Source: Gammaproteobacteria bacterium (lineage in GTDB: Bacteria > Pseudomonadota > Gammaproteobacteria > Steroidobacterales > Steroidobacteraceae). From it: a stretch of 64,000 nucleotides of DNA. The translations under genes and the position numbers were made by a program. The notes below the pieces were generated by a model, which saw only the letters and a list, made by a program, of their open reading frames with translations, was not told the origin of the DNA and did not search any database. Location of the stretch: assembly GCA_012026925.1 (NCBI GenBank), contig VEPJ01000073.1, positions 6,340-70,339 of the forward strand, in the 5' to 3' direction. Shown here one piece after another: positions 28,067 to 37,241 of the stretch; the first letter of the stretch is position 1; each line of letters starts with the position of its first letter.

Positions 28067-29239
28067 TCAGGCCTCGAAGGTGCCGCGCCGGACGGGAGCG
28101 CCGTCCTGCACGTGGACTATGCCGCGAATGATGACCGTGTGCGCGCCGTCCTTCGCGTCGAGCGCGACGAGGTCGGCATCGCCGCCGACCGCGATCTCGC
28201 CCTTGCCTGCGAGGCGCAGCAGGCGAGCGGGATTGACCGTGAAGGCCGGCAGCACTCGTTCGAGTGGCAGCCCGGCGGCGAGCAGCACGCGAATCGTGCC
28301 GAGCAGCGCGCCAGCCGCGCCGACGTCCATCCTGCAGACGCGGCCATCGGCGTCGAAACAGGGCAGGCAACCGCCAGCGTCGGAGCTCACGGTCACGCGT
28401 TCCGCGGGCGCGCCTGAATCGACGTAGCGGCGTAGCGCGTCCGCAGCGGAATAGGCGTCCTCGCCCTCCGCCACCGGGAACGCCGTGATGTCCACGGTGC
28501 AACCCGACTTCGCGAGAGCGACCGCTTCGTCGAACAACGCCCGACGCCGGTTGACGTGCGTCGGGTTGAACACGCGCGGCGGCAACTCGGTCTCCGCGAT
28601 GGCGCGACGCACGAGCTCGAGGCCGCGCTTTCCGTCGCCCATGTGCAGGTGCAGGACGCCGGCCTTACCGGTCATCAGGCCCGCGACGTGCGCGTCGGCC
28701 GCGAGGCGCAGGATCTCGTCGAGCGTCGGCTGGCTCGAGCGGTGGTCGCTCAACGCCACTTCGCCGACACCGAGCAGCGGCTCGATGAATACGAGGTCGC
28801 CGCGAACGCTGCCCGTGAGCGTCATCGGCGGCAGGTGGTAGCCGCCGGTGTAGGCCCACGCGTTGAGCCCTTCCTCGCGCAAGGCGTGCACCGTCGCCAC
28901 GAGGTCGCGCGTCGTGCGGGCGACGTCGTCGGTGCCGAGCAGCCCGATCACCGTCGTGATACCCGACGCCGTGAAGCGCGTGAGCGGCACCGGCGGGACC
29001 CGCGTGCGGAAGCCGGCCTCGCCGCCGCCGCCGGTGACGTGCACGTGGCCGTCGATCAGGCCGGGGATGAGCCGCCGGCCCTCGAGGTCGATCGTGCGGG
29101 ACGCGGCTCGCAGCGCGGCGGGCAGGTCCGGCAACTCGGATGGGGCGCCGACCCAGAGGATCCTGCCGCCACCGAGCAGCAGATTTCGCAGTCCCAGCGG
29201 ACGCGGCGCAAACGTATCGGCGTTGCGGATCAGCAGCAT
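28067..29239 (-). CDS. iadA: isoaspartyl dipeptidase
   Basis: MLLIRNADTF start at 29239. PGLIDGHVHVTGGGGE and LHLHMGDG motifs, and an amidohydrolase fold. Confidence 0.85.
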   Translation of the reverse strand: MLLIRNADTFAPRPLGLRNLLLGGGRILWVGAPSELPDLPAALRAASRTIDLEGRRLIPGLIDGHVHVTGGGGEAGFRTRVPPVPLTRFTASGITTVIGLLGTDDVARTTRDLVATVHALREEGLNAWAYTGGYHLPPMTLTGSVRGDLVFIEPLLGVGEVALSDHRSSQPTLDEILRLAADAHVAGLMTGKAGVLHLHMGDGKRGLELVRRAIAETELPPRVFNPTHVNRRRALFDEAVALAKSGCTVDITAFPVAEGEDAYSAADALRRYVDSGAPAERVTVSSDAGGCLPCFDADGRVCRMDVGAAGALLGTIRVLLAAGLPLERVLPAFTVNPARLLRLAGKGEIAVGGDADLVALDAKDGAHTVIIRGIVHVQDGAPVRRGTFEA

Positions 29240-29610
29240 GCGGCCGGCATGATGCCCGACAACGGCCCGGATCCCAAGATCAGCCTCGCGGACGCTCCGA
29301 CCCGGACCGCTTTGCGTGCCCACTCGGCAAGTGAGTCGGCGTCCTCGATCACGTCCGCAGGGACCTGGTAGTACGCGATGCTCGCTTCGGGTCGGTCCGC
29401 GAACGGCCGAAATGGCCCCATGCCGCGATCGACGAAGTCGCCGCGCGTGGTCTCGTCCACCTTCAGGTAGACGACGTTGCGCGAGACGATCGCGAAGAAG
29501 ACGTCGCCCGAGTAAAGGCCTACCGCGCCGAACATGCGTCTCGACCGCAGTCGACCCAGGCCAGCGAGCTGTTCGAGCACGTAGGCGAGGAAGCTGTCGG
29601 TGACGGCCAT
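29230..29610 (-). CDS. TfoX N-terminal-domain protein
   Basis: ATG at 29610 (MAVTDSFLAYVLEQLAGLG...RRMFGAVGLYSGDVFFAIV...LKVDE). Overlaps the iadA start by about 10 nt. Confidence 0.55.
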   Translation of the reverse strand: MAVTDSFLAYVLEQLAGLGRLRSRRMFGAVGLYSGDVFFAIVSRNVVYLKVDETTRGDFVDRGMGPFRPFADRPEASIAYYQVPADVIEDADSLAEWARKAVRVGASARLILGSGPLSGIMPAACC

Positions 29611-29620
29611 GATCGAGAGT

Positions 29621-30502
29621 CTACCGCTGCAGGGCTGCGGGGCTGCGACACATGGCAGAGCCCGGGTCCATCCGGCGACCGCCGACGGCGACGAACTGCC
29701 AGGCGTACGTCCCATTGCCAAGCGTCAACTCGAGCACACCGTGCCGCTCGATCCGGGCGCGGCTCTCGTAAGGTGGCCGCCAGAAGCCGTGCAGCCAGGC
29801 GCCGCCCGTGCCGACCACGAACTCCCGGATGCCGTCCTGCACGGCGCGACCGTCCGCATCGCGCGGATCGAACGATTCGTAGAAGTGCTCGTGCCCGTTC
29901 AGGACGACGTCGGCGTGGTGCGCGTCCAGCAGCTCCCAGAAGCGGCTCATGTGCCGGCCCGAACCGCGGTGAAAGCCCGAGGAGAACAGGGGCGCGTGCC
30001 ACATGGCGAGCAGGCAGGTCGCCCGCGGCTGACCGTCCAGCGTTGCCTTCAGCCAGCGGTACTGGCGGTCGAGGCCCGCCGGCGATTGTTCGCTGTCGAG
30101 ACCGATGACGAGCCAGTCGCCGAGTCGGCGCGCGAAGTAGCCGTCGGGACCGGCGTCGCCGCCGAAATAGGCGTGGAAGGCATCGGCGCGATGGTCAACG
30201 TAGTCGTGATTGCCCGGGACGGCCCAGGTCGTGGCGCGGTGAACGCCCCAGGTCGGCTGATAGCAGTTCGCGAGCGTCTCGCTCGTCGCATGCTGGTAGG
30301 CGGTGTCGCCCAGGACGAAGACCCGCGCACCCGGCGGAATCAGGCTCGCAGTCCGCGCTGCATCCGATTCATTCGCGGCATCGTACCGGCAATCCGCTAT
30401 GTCGCCGGCGGCGAAGACCTTGATCGGGTCCGCGTGCGACGGCAGTAACTGCAAGCCGAACAACAGGACCGCGAGACGCTTGACGTATACCATCCATGCC
30501 AT
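29621..30502 (-). CDS. secreted calcineurin-like metallophosphoesterase
   Basis: Signal peptide, then the metallophosphoesterase motifs GDIAD, VLGDTAY, PGNHDY and NGHEHFY. Confidence 0.8.
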   Translation of the reverse strand: MAWMVYVKRLAVLLFGLQLLPSHADPIKVFAAGDIADCRYDAANESDAARTASLIPPGARVFVLGDTAYQHATSETLANCYQPTWGVHRATTWAVPGNHDYVDHRADAFHAYFGGDAGPDGYFARRLGDWLVIGLDSEQSPAGLDRQYRWLKATLDGQPRATCLLAMWHAPLFSSGFHRGSGRHMSRFWELLDAHHADVVLNGHEHFYESFDPRDADGRAVQDGIREFVVGTGGAWLHGFWRPPYESRARIERHGVLELTLGNGTYAWQFVAVGGRRMDPGSAMCRSPAALQR

Positions 30503-30523
30503 TCGATCCGTTGAGCCTCACCG

Positions 30524-31300
30524 ATGTCAAACCCGGCCCGAATCGCGCTCGTTCGCGGCGTCAGTCCCGCCATGCAGCGCTGCGAACTCACGCACCTTGC
30601 GCGCGAGCCGATCGACGTGGCCATGGCCGAGATGCAGCACGCGCGTTACGCGCAGACCCTCGTGTCCCTGGGATGCCGGCTGCTCGAGCTCGCAGCGGAA
30701 CCCGACCTGCCCGACTCCGTGTTCGTCGAGGACACGGCGGGCGTGCTCGACGAGGTCGCAGTCCTGACCCGCCCTGGAGCGGAGTCGCGCCAGCCCGAGG
30801 TTGCATCCGTGGCTCGAGTGCTCGAACGCTGGCGGCCGTGCGTGCGCGTGGAGGCGCCAGGCACGCTCGATGGCGGCGACGTGCTGCGCATCGGTCGCGA
30901 CGTGTTCGTCGGACAATCGGACCGCTCGAATGCCGAGGGGATTCGCCAGCTGGCCGCGGCGATTGCGCCGTTCGGCTATCGGACCCTTCCCGTGCCCGCG
31001 CGCGGCTGCCTGCACCTCAAGAGCGCCGTGACGTACGTAGCCCCCGACACGCTGCTGATCAACGACGCCTGGGTCGATCGCAGCCACTGGCCGGGGATGC
31101 GGTTCGTGAGCGTCGCGCCCGGCGAGCCGCACGCTGCCAACGCGCTCTGGCTCGGCGACGCGGTGATCTTCCCCGCATCCGCGCCGGTCACTCGGGCACG
31201 GCTCGAGGAGGCCGGACTACGAGTCATCGCCCTCGATGTCTCGGAGATCCAGAAGGCCGAGGGAGGCGTGACCTGCTGCAGCGTGGTCTTCGCCGACTGA
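30524..31300 (+). CDS. dimethylarginine dimethylaminohydrolase (DDAH)-like amidinotransferase-fold protein
   Basis: DSVFVEDT, HLKSAV, and a C-terminal EGGVTCCS with the expected catalytic Cys position. Confidence 0.75.
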   Translation: MSNPARIALVRGVSPAMQRCELTHLAREPIDVAMAEMQHARYAQTLVSLGCRLLELAAEPDLPDSVFVEDTAGVLDEVAVLTRPGAESRQPEVASVARVLERWRPCVRVEAPGTLDGGDVLRIGRDVFVGQSDRSNAEGIRQLAAAIAPFGYRTLPVPARGCLHLKSAVTYVAPDTLLINDAWVDRSHWPGMRFVSVAPGEPHAANALWLGDAVIFPASAPVTRARLEEAGLRVIALDVSEIQKAEGGVTCCSVVFAD

Positions 31301-31463
31301 GCGGCGCAAAGCTCGCGCGACGCCTCGATTCCTGCCGGCGCGAGTCGCCGTGGCAAATCCGACTGTCACAGGTACCGTCCCAGGTGTAAGAAACTGCTTT
31401 GGGAGGACAGGATTGGCGGCGCGCCGGCTACGGGCGCCGCTGGGCGTCCGCAGGGAGCGGAAG

Positions 31464-34400
31464 ATGCCTGAGAACCTTCTTCTGGCGTCGAGCCTGGGCG
31501 ACCTGTTCGGGCTTGTCGTAATCATTGCTCTCATCTTCTACGCGCGACGGAGGCTGCGCAGCTCGCAACCCGAACAAGCCTTCGAGAGACACACGGAGGA
31601 GCGCGGCAGCATCGAGTCGCTCGCCCGCAGGCTCGACGCGCTCGAGAGCCGGGTCGAAAGACTCGAGACCCAAGCCAAGGAAACGGCCGCGTCCCCTGCA
31701 CCCGTAGAGGGTGTGCCGGTGGCGGTCGAAGGTCCCGCACCCGCGATGGCGTCGACGGCCGAAGCGGCCCCTGAGGCGGCGCCTCCCGAAGAGGCGACGG
31801 GCGGCGCCCGGGCCGCGCGACCGCTGAGCGAGATCATTGGCATCGAGCCTTTCCCGCCCCCATCCGAGGAACAGAGGCGCGTCGTCCCGGAACTTCCACC
31901 GTGCGAGTCGGAGTTCACACTCCGGCGGCGCGAACTCGAACGTCGCCTCATGGAGAACTGGACCGGAATCCTCGGCGCCGTCGTCGTCGTGGCCGGCGTG
32001 ACTTTCATCGGCATCTACACGGCGCTCAGGCTCCAACCGTTCTATCGATTCCTGCTCACGCTGGCCGCCGCCGGCGCGTTTCTCGGCGCCTCCCGCCTGC
32101 TTGGGCAAAAGAAAGCGTGGCTCCAGTTCTCCGCGTGGCTGCGCAGCACCGGTGCCGCGATCCTGCTGTTCGCGTGCGCGGCGGCAGGCGGCCTGCCCGG
32201 GCTCGGCCTGCAATGGATACACGATCCGGCGGCGGCGCTGGCGCTGCTGCTTGCGGGCATTGCGGCCAATCTCCTGATCGCCCGCGTCGCGGGAACCGAA
32301 GTCTTCGCAACGCTGCATGTGCTCCTGAGCCTGCTGCCCCTGGCGATCGTGCCCGCTACGACGACGGCGCTGGCCATTGCGAGCGCAGTTGCCGCGTTCG
32401 GTGTCGGACTCGCCACGCGAGGACGCTGGGACCGTCACCTCGCCGCCGTGCTCGGCGCATACGCGCTGTTCAGCCTGCTGTGGGCCGCGCAGATGGGTGA
32501 GCGCCTCGAGCCACAGGCGGCGCGTTACATTGCCGCGGGCTGCGCCGCGATCGTGTTCGTGGCGGCGGCGCTGGCGCACTACCGGAAGGACTACGCGCAG
32601 CCGACGCCCCCGGCAATCCAGCTCGGCGTGCATCTCGCGAACTGGGGGCTGCTGGCCTTTGCGATGTTCGCCTACCTGCCGGGCTACCTCGTGCGCGCCG
32701 GGGTGCTGCTCGCGCTTGCGGTCCTGGCATACCGCCTCGGGCGGCGGGCCCGCGGCCTGCGCGTGGCCTGGCTGCATCAGGCCGACACGCTGACGGCGCA
32801 GGGCCTCGTACTCCTGGCGCTGTGGACCGGCTACGATCTTGGCGCCGGCGATACGCTGATGCTGCTGATCGTGCTCGTCGAGACGCTCGCCTTCCGGAGG
32901 CTGGTCGAGCGAGGCGACGATGAACTGCTGGACAAGGTCGCCGACTGCCTGCCGATCGTCGCCGCCGCACTGCTGGCAATCGGAGGCGCAGCAGACGTTG
33001 TTGCCCGCCCCGATGATCGACTCGCGCTGGCGGCGATGCTTGCGGTGGGATCGGCATGCGCCGTGCTGGGCGAAAGGCTGCTGAGGTCGGCCACGGATGG
33101 AGTTCACTCGGCGCCCGCCGGCTTGCACTCCCGCGAACCGACATTCGCGGCGGCGCTGGCCTTCCTGGCCGGTCCGCTCCTCCTGGTCGCGCTCGGAGCA
33201 CTCCTCGAGCATTGGTGGATGGAGGCCACTTCGCTCATCGCGGTGAGCGCAATCCTGCTCGCCTGGCGTCGCATCGGCCAGGCGGGACTCCTCGCCGCGA
33301 CAATCGTCGCGCTGGTCGGGTCGCACGTGCTGTCGTGGGACTACCTCGTGGCGCACCAGGCATGGACGGCGGCTGCGCTCGCTCCCAGGATGGGGCCGCT
33401 CGCCGGACTCGCCGCGCTTTCGATCTGGCTCGCCGGTCCGGGAGTGCTGCGCCTGGTTGCAATGGTCCTGCTCGGTGCCGACCTCGGTCTTGCCGCCTAC
33501 CTCTTCACCGACCCGATCTCGCCGCTCATCCCGGGCGTGGCCTGGCTGATCCTGTCGCTCGCAGCGCTCGAGGTCGCAAATCGACTGAAGGAGCGCGAAT
33601 CGCTGACCTCGCTCTGCCTGGGATACGCCTATCTCGTTGCATTTGCGACCGCGTACGTGCTGGTGATCCTGCAGACGCCGGCCTACATCGGGACCTTGCG
33701 CGCCCGCGCGCTGATCGAGCTGTTTGCGATCGGCGTGCTCGCGTACTGGTGGTTCTACCGACCGCGCGATGCGCTGTCCGGCACGGCCGCCTGGGTCCAT
33801 GTCCACCCGTTGTTCCTGGAACTGATCCTTGCGGCGATCGCCGTGACGGTCGTGGTCGAGGTTCGGCCTCTCTGGTGGGCCGTTGCGTGGAGTGGCATCG
33901 CACTCGCGTTGCTCGCGCCGCCGGTCGAGCGCCTCTTCGACCAGCGGGCCCGGCTCTATTCGCTGCTGTTTTACTGGATATCCGTCGGCGACATGGCGGT
34001 GGTGATGAGCGTGCTGGAAGTGCCGTCGCGTCTCTGGTTCGAGCAACCGGAGTTCACCTCGCTCCTCGCGATCGCGATGCAGGTGGCCTACGTGGCGGTC
34101 TCCCATCGGCGACTGGCCCTGGCAGGCCTCGAGTCGCCGCCGCCGGTCCGATTCCTGGCGCGCCTTGGCGGGGCCGTCGCGGCCAGGCGCAACCTGTACG
34201 TCTACTACCCGCTGTTCGCCGGCATCGCCGTCTTCCTGTTCTGGCGATTCGACCGGTCCCTGCTCACGCTGCTCTGGGCAGCCGAAGCCTTCGTAGTCTT
34301 CGGACTGGCCGCCTGGCTGCGCGAAAACCAGTTCCGCTACGTGGCACTCGGCGGCCTCGCGGCGTGCCTTGGCAGACTCGTGCTGATCGACATGGCCGAG

Positions 34401-34502
34401 GCAAACCTCGCCCTGCGCGGGCTCGTATTCATCGGCGTCGGCCTGCTGATGCTCGGCATGAACGCGATCTACAACCGCTATCGCGCGAGGTTCGAGGCGT
34501 GA
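31464..34502 (+). CDS. DUF2339-type large polytopic membrane protein
   Basis: ATG at 31464. N-terminal TM plus a coiled-coil-like stretch (LARRLDALESRVERLETQ), an Ala/Pro linker, then more than 20 hydrophobic segments. Confidence 0.7.
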   Translation: MPENLLLASSLGDLFGLVVIIALIFYARRRLRSSQPEQAFERHTEERGSIESLARRLDALESRVERLETQAKETAASPAPVEGVPVAVEGPAPAMASTAEAAPEAAPPEEATGGARAARPLSEIIGIEPFPPPSEEQRRVVPELPPCESEFTLRRRELERRLMENWTGILGAVVVVAGVTFIGIYTALRLQPFYRFLLTLAAAGAFLGASRLLGQKKAWLQFSAWLRSTGAAILLFACAAAGGLPGLGLQWIHDPAAALALLLAGIAANLLIARVAGTEVFATLHVLLSLLPLAIVPATTTALAIASAVAAFGVGLATRGRWDRHLAAVLGAYALFSLLWAAQMGERLEPQAARYIAAGCAAIVFVAAALAHYRKDYAQPTPPAIQLGVHLANWGLLAFAMFAYLPGYLVRAGVLLALAVLAYRLGRRARGLRVAWLHQADTLTAQGLVLLALWTGYDLGAGDTLMLLIVLVETLAFRRLVERGDDELLDKVADCLPIVAAALLAIGGAADVVARPDDRLALAAMLAVGSACAVLGERLLRSATDGVHSAPAGLHSREPTFAAALAFLAGPLLLVALGALLEHWWMEATSLIAVSAILLAWRRIGQAGLLAATIVALVGSHVLSWDYLVAHQAWTAAALAPRMGPLAGLAALSIWLAGPGVLRLVAMVLLGADLGLAAYLFTDPISPLIPGVAWLILSLAALEVANRLKERESLTSLCLGYAYLVAFATAYVLVILQTPAYIGTLRARALIELFAIGVLAYWWFYRPRDALSGTAAWVHVHPLFLELILAAIAVTVVVEVRPLWWAVAWSGIALALLAPPVERLFDQRARLYSLLFYWISVGDMAVVMSVLEVPSRLWFEQPEFTSLLAIAMQVAYVAVSHRRLALAGLESPPPVRFLARLGGAVAARRNLYVYYPLFAGIAVFLFWRFDRSLLTLLWAAEAFVVFGLAAWLRENQFRYVALGGLAACLGRLVLIDMAEANLALRGLVFIGVGLLMLGMNAIYNRYRARFEA

Positions 34503-35410
34503 AGGCCGGGGCCCGGATAGCGGCGCTCGTCGCCCTGGTCGCCTGCGGAATCGGCCTCATCCTGATGCTGCAGCGCGCGCGCCTGCAGACGCCTCTCGGG
34601 TCCACGCTCACGAGCGCCTTCCAGGTCGTGGGCGCGCCATTGAAGCTCGCGGATCGCGTCGCGAGCCGCGTCCTGCCGGTCGGCGACCTGGACGAGAAGG
34701 AACTCGGCGACATCTACCGGGCGAGCTTCGATCCCCAGGCCAGCCCGCCGAGCCGCGAGCAGCGTTACCTCGACTCGCTCCTGAAGGAATTGCAGCCCTT
34801 CGCCGGCAAGCCATTCCCGTATCGCGCCTACGTGGTCGATTACCCGACGCCGAACGCGATGGCTCTTCCGGGCGGCGTCCTGCTCGTGACGCGCCAACTG
34901 CTCACGACCTTGCACTCGGAGTCGGAACTGGTATCGGTGCTGGCGCACGAGATGGGGCACGTGGAGCGCGGCCACTGCTTCGACACGGTGCGCTTCGAAC
35001 TCGCCGCCCGGAAGATCGGCGCCGAGCCGCTCGGTGCGATTGCGGACCTGGCTTCGCAGGTACTGCTGGCCCACTCGTACAGCAAGACGATGGAGCACGA
35101 AGCCGACGAATACGCGTTCGAACTGCTCACGAACAGCCGGTACGATCCGCGCGGCGAAGCGGCGGCCTTCCAGTCGCTGGAGCAATACGTCGCGGCTCGC
35201 GGGGACCGGACGCCGCAGCAGGCGAATCCGCTCCGTGACTACTTCACGTCGCATCCACCGCTCGAAATCCGCGCGAACGAGTTCGGTCAGCGCGCGCATG
35301 CCTGGTGGTCGAGGCATGCGGAGCAGAGGCGCTATGTCGGTGCGCGTAACCTGGCTGCCCTGGTGGCGCTGCCCCGCCACGAACTCGCGGACGAGTGGAC
35401 CGGTCCGTAG
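34499..35410 (+). CDS. M48-family zinc metallopeptidase
   Basis: GTG at 34499 overlaps the upstream TGA (GTGA). TM anchor, HEMGHVERGH zinc motif and a downstream EHEADEYA. Confidence 0.8.
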   Translation: MKAGARIAALVALVACGIGLILMLQRARLQTPLGSTLTSAFQVVGAPLKLADRVASRVLPVGDLDEKELGDIYRASFDPQASPPSREQRYLDSLLKELQPFAGKPFPYRAYVVDYPTPNAMALPGGVLLVTRQLLTTLHSESELVSVLAHEMGHVERGHCFDTVRFELAARKIGAEPLGAIADLASQVLLAHSYSKTMEHEADEYAFELLTNSRYDPRGEAAAFQSLEQYVAARGDRTPQQANPLRDYFTSHPPLEIRANEFGQRAHAWWSRHAEQRRYVGARNLAALVALPRHELADEWTGP

Positions 35411-35427
35411 ATGCCGGGCCCCGGCCG

Positions 35428-35805
35428 TCAGCCCGGCGTGTAGCAGAAGCAGTTGAGCTTGTTGCCGTCGAGATCGCGGAAATACGCGGCATAGAAGCCT
35501 TCCATGCCGCGCGGCCCCGGGGCGCCTTCGTCCGTGCCGCCGAGTGCGAGCGCCTTGCGGTACAGCGCGTCCACCTTCGCGTTGCTGTCCACGACGAGTG
35601 CGACCATCACGCCGTTGCCGACCGTCGCGGCGTTGCCATCCCAGGGCTTGCAGACCCCGAGCGACGGCTTGTCCGGCGCGACCGCCCAGGCGATGAACCG
35701 ATCCGACTCCATGAATCGACCAGCGCCGATCTCTGCGAGAAGCGCGTCGTAGAAGCGCGCAGCGCGCGGCAAGTCGTTCGTGCCGAGGGTGACGTAGCCG
35801 ATCAT
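35428..35805 (-). CDS. VOC/glyoxalase-family protein
   Basis: 125-aa ORF starting MIGYVTLGTNDLPRAARFYDALL and ending ...YFRDLDGNKL, a typical VOC fold. Confidence 0.8.
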   Translation of the reverse strand: MIGYVTLGTNDLPRAARFYDALLAEIGAGRFMESDRFIAWAVAPDKPSLGVCKPWDGNAATVGNGVMVALVVDSNAKVDALYRKALALGGTDEGAPGPRGMEGFYAAYFRDLDGNKLNCFCYTPG

Positions 35806-35882
35806 AGGATTCTCCGGAAGTGGGACGAGGACATTCCTTCGGGACGCGAGGGAATGTCCCCATGCATGGTTTTACGAGTGGC

Positions 35883-36308
35883 CTACTGGCTAACGTGCTT
35901 CAACAGGTCCGTGGCGCTCACCGGGCCGTAGGCGAAGGTATCGGTGTGCCTGCTGATGTACTGACGCATGACGAGTCCGGCCGCCATTCCCGACTTCTGG
36001 CCGTGCTTCTTCGCGACCTCGTCCACCTTCCTGTCCTGATCGGGCGTGGTCGCGGGCGAAATCGCGATGTAGTCCCACGCGTCTCCGTCCTGGTGTGCGT
36101 ACCACTGGGTCGCGCCGACGCCCGCCTCCTTGGCGACCGCGTCCTGGGCGGCGGCCCACTTCAGGAAGTCGACGTGCTTGCCCGGGGCGACGTAATAAAT
36201 CGAGACAATCACCGTGCCGGCGTCCGCCGCCACCGTGGGCGAAGTGGGTGCGACGGCCAGTACAACGGTGCCCACGGCGGCCAAAAGCAACCTTTTCAGT
36301 GCATTCAT
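35883..36308 (-). CDS. small secreted hypothetical protein
   Basis: ATG at 36308. Signal peptide MNALKRLLLAAVGTVVLAVAPTSPTVAA. No motif recognised. Confidence 0.45.
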   Translation of the reverse strand: MNALKRLLLAAVGTVVLAVAPTSPTVAADAGTVIVSIYYVAPGKHVDFLKWAAAQDAVAKEAGVGATQWYAHQDGDAWDYIAISPATTPDQDRKVDEVAKKHGQKSGMAAGLVMRQYISRHTDTFAYGPVSATDLLKHVSQ

Positions 36309-36431
36309 CGTGATTCCCCCTGCTTGTTGTTGGCGGCCGGAGGGCCGCTTCTTGGAACGGGGCCAGTCTACGCCGATCACCCACTGCCACAAGAGCGGCC
36401 GGCGGGCGACAATAGCCACGCCAAAACAAGG

Positions 36432-37202
36432 ATGACGCCCGTGGCCGACCAGATGCCAGTGAAGCCTCCCGGACCGTCCCTGCTCGAGCGCGTCGAGGGT
36501 GCCGAGAAGCTGTTTCTGTCCGGACGCCGGCACCGCGAGGCGGACCTCGCCAGTGCCGTGCGTTTCTTCCTTGAGTTCCTCGAGGCATTCGAAAGCTTCG
36601 AAGCTACCGAGCCGTGCGTCACCGTCTTCGGGTCGTCGCGGTTCGACGAGAGGCATCCTTATTACCAGCGCGCCCGCGAGATCGGCAGCGCGCTCGCGAG
36701 GGCCGGCTATGCGGTGATGACCGGCGGCGGGTCGGGAATCATGGAAGCCGCGAACCGGGGCGCAAAGGAAGCCGGTGGCCTGAGCCTCGGCTGCAACATC
36801 CAACTGCCCCGCGAGCAGAAGCCGAACAAGTACCTCGACCGTTTCATCCAGTTCGAGCACTTCTTCGCTCGCAAGGTGATGCTCGTCAAGTACTCGCGGG
36901 CGTTCGTCGTCATGCCTGGAGGATTCGGCACCCTCGACGAGACGATGGAGATCGCGACGCTGATGCAGACGAACAAGCTGAACCACTTCCCGCTCGTCGC
37001 CGTGGGCCGGGATTTCTGGGACCCGTTCGAAACGTTCGTGCGCGAGGCGATGGTGAAGCTAGGAACCGTCAGCGAGGAGGAGTTCCGCGTGATCCACCGC
37101 GCGGAGACGGCGGAGGAAGTCGTCGCGCTGGTCCGCAACGGCAATGACGGGAAGGGGGGCAGTCCCCAAAAAGGGGACAGTCCCCATTTCCGTTCGGAAT
37201 AG
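36432..37202 (+). CDS. LOG-family (TIGR00730) nucleotide phosphoribohydrolase
   Basis: ATG at 36432. GGGSGIMEA and PGGFGTLDE signatures. The last ~17 codons and the TAG stop lie inside the palindromic element at 37149-37235. Confidence 0.85.
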   Translation: MTPVADQMPVKPPGPSLLERVEGAEKLFLSGRRHREADLASAVRFFLEFLEAFESFEATEPCVTVFGSSRFDERHPYYQRAREIGSALARAGYAVMTGGGSGIMEAANRGAKEAGGLSLGCNIQLPREQKPNKYLDRFIQFEHFFARKVMLVKYSRAFVVMPGGFGTLDETMEIATLMQTNKLNHFPLVAVGRDFWDPFETFVREAMVKLGTVSEEEFRVIHRAETAEEVVALVRNGNDGKGGSPQKGDSPHFRSE

Positions 37203-37235
37203 GGGACTGTCCCTTTCTTGGGGACTGCCTCCCTT
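37149..37235. repeat. palindromic intergenic element, copy 2 (GGGGACnGTCCCC sub-units)
   Basis: GGGGGCAGTCCCCAAAAAGGGGACAGTCCCCATTTCCG (left arm) pairs imperfectly with CGGAATAGGGGACTGTCCCTTTCTTGGGGACTGCCTCCC (right arm). It sits between convergent stops at 37202 and 37242. Confidence 0.85.
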
Positions 37236-37241
37236 TTCCCC

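Noticed and set aside
31428-34106. 892-aa minus-strand ORF antisense to the DUF2339 gene
   Set aside because: Arg/Gly/Glu-rich nonsense composition. The sense strand encodes a coherent polytopic membrane protein.
33056-34498. N-terminal extension of the 784-aa ORF that contains the M48 peptidase
   Set aside because: Out-of-frame overlap with DUF2339. The GTG at 34499 gives a TM anchor followed by a normal peptidase.
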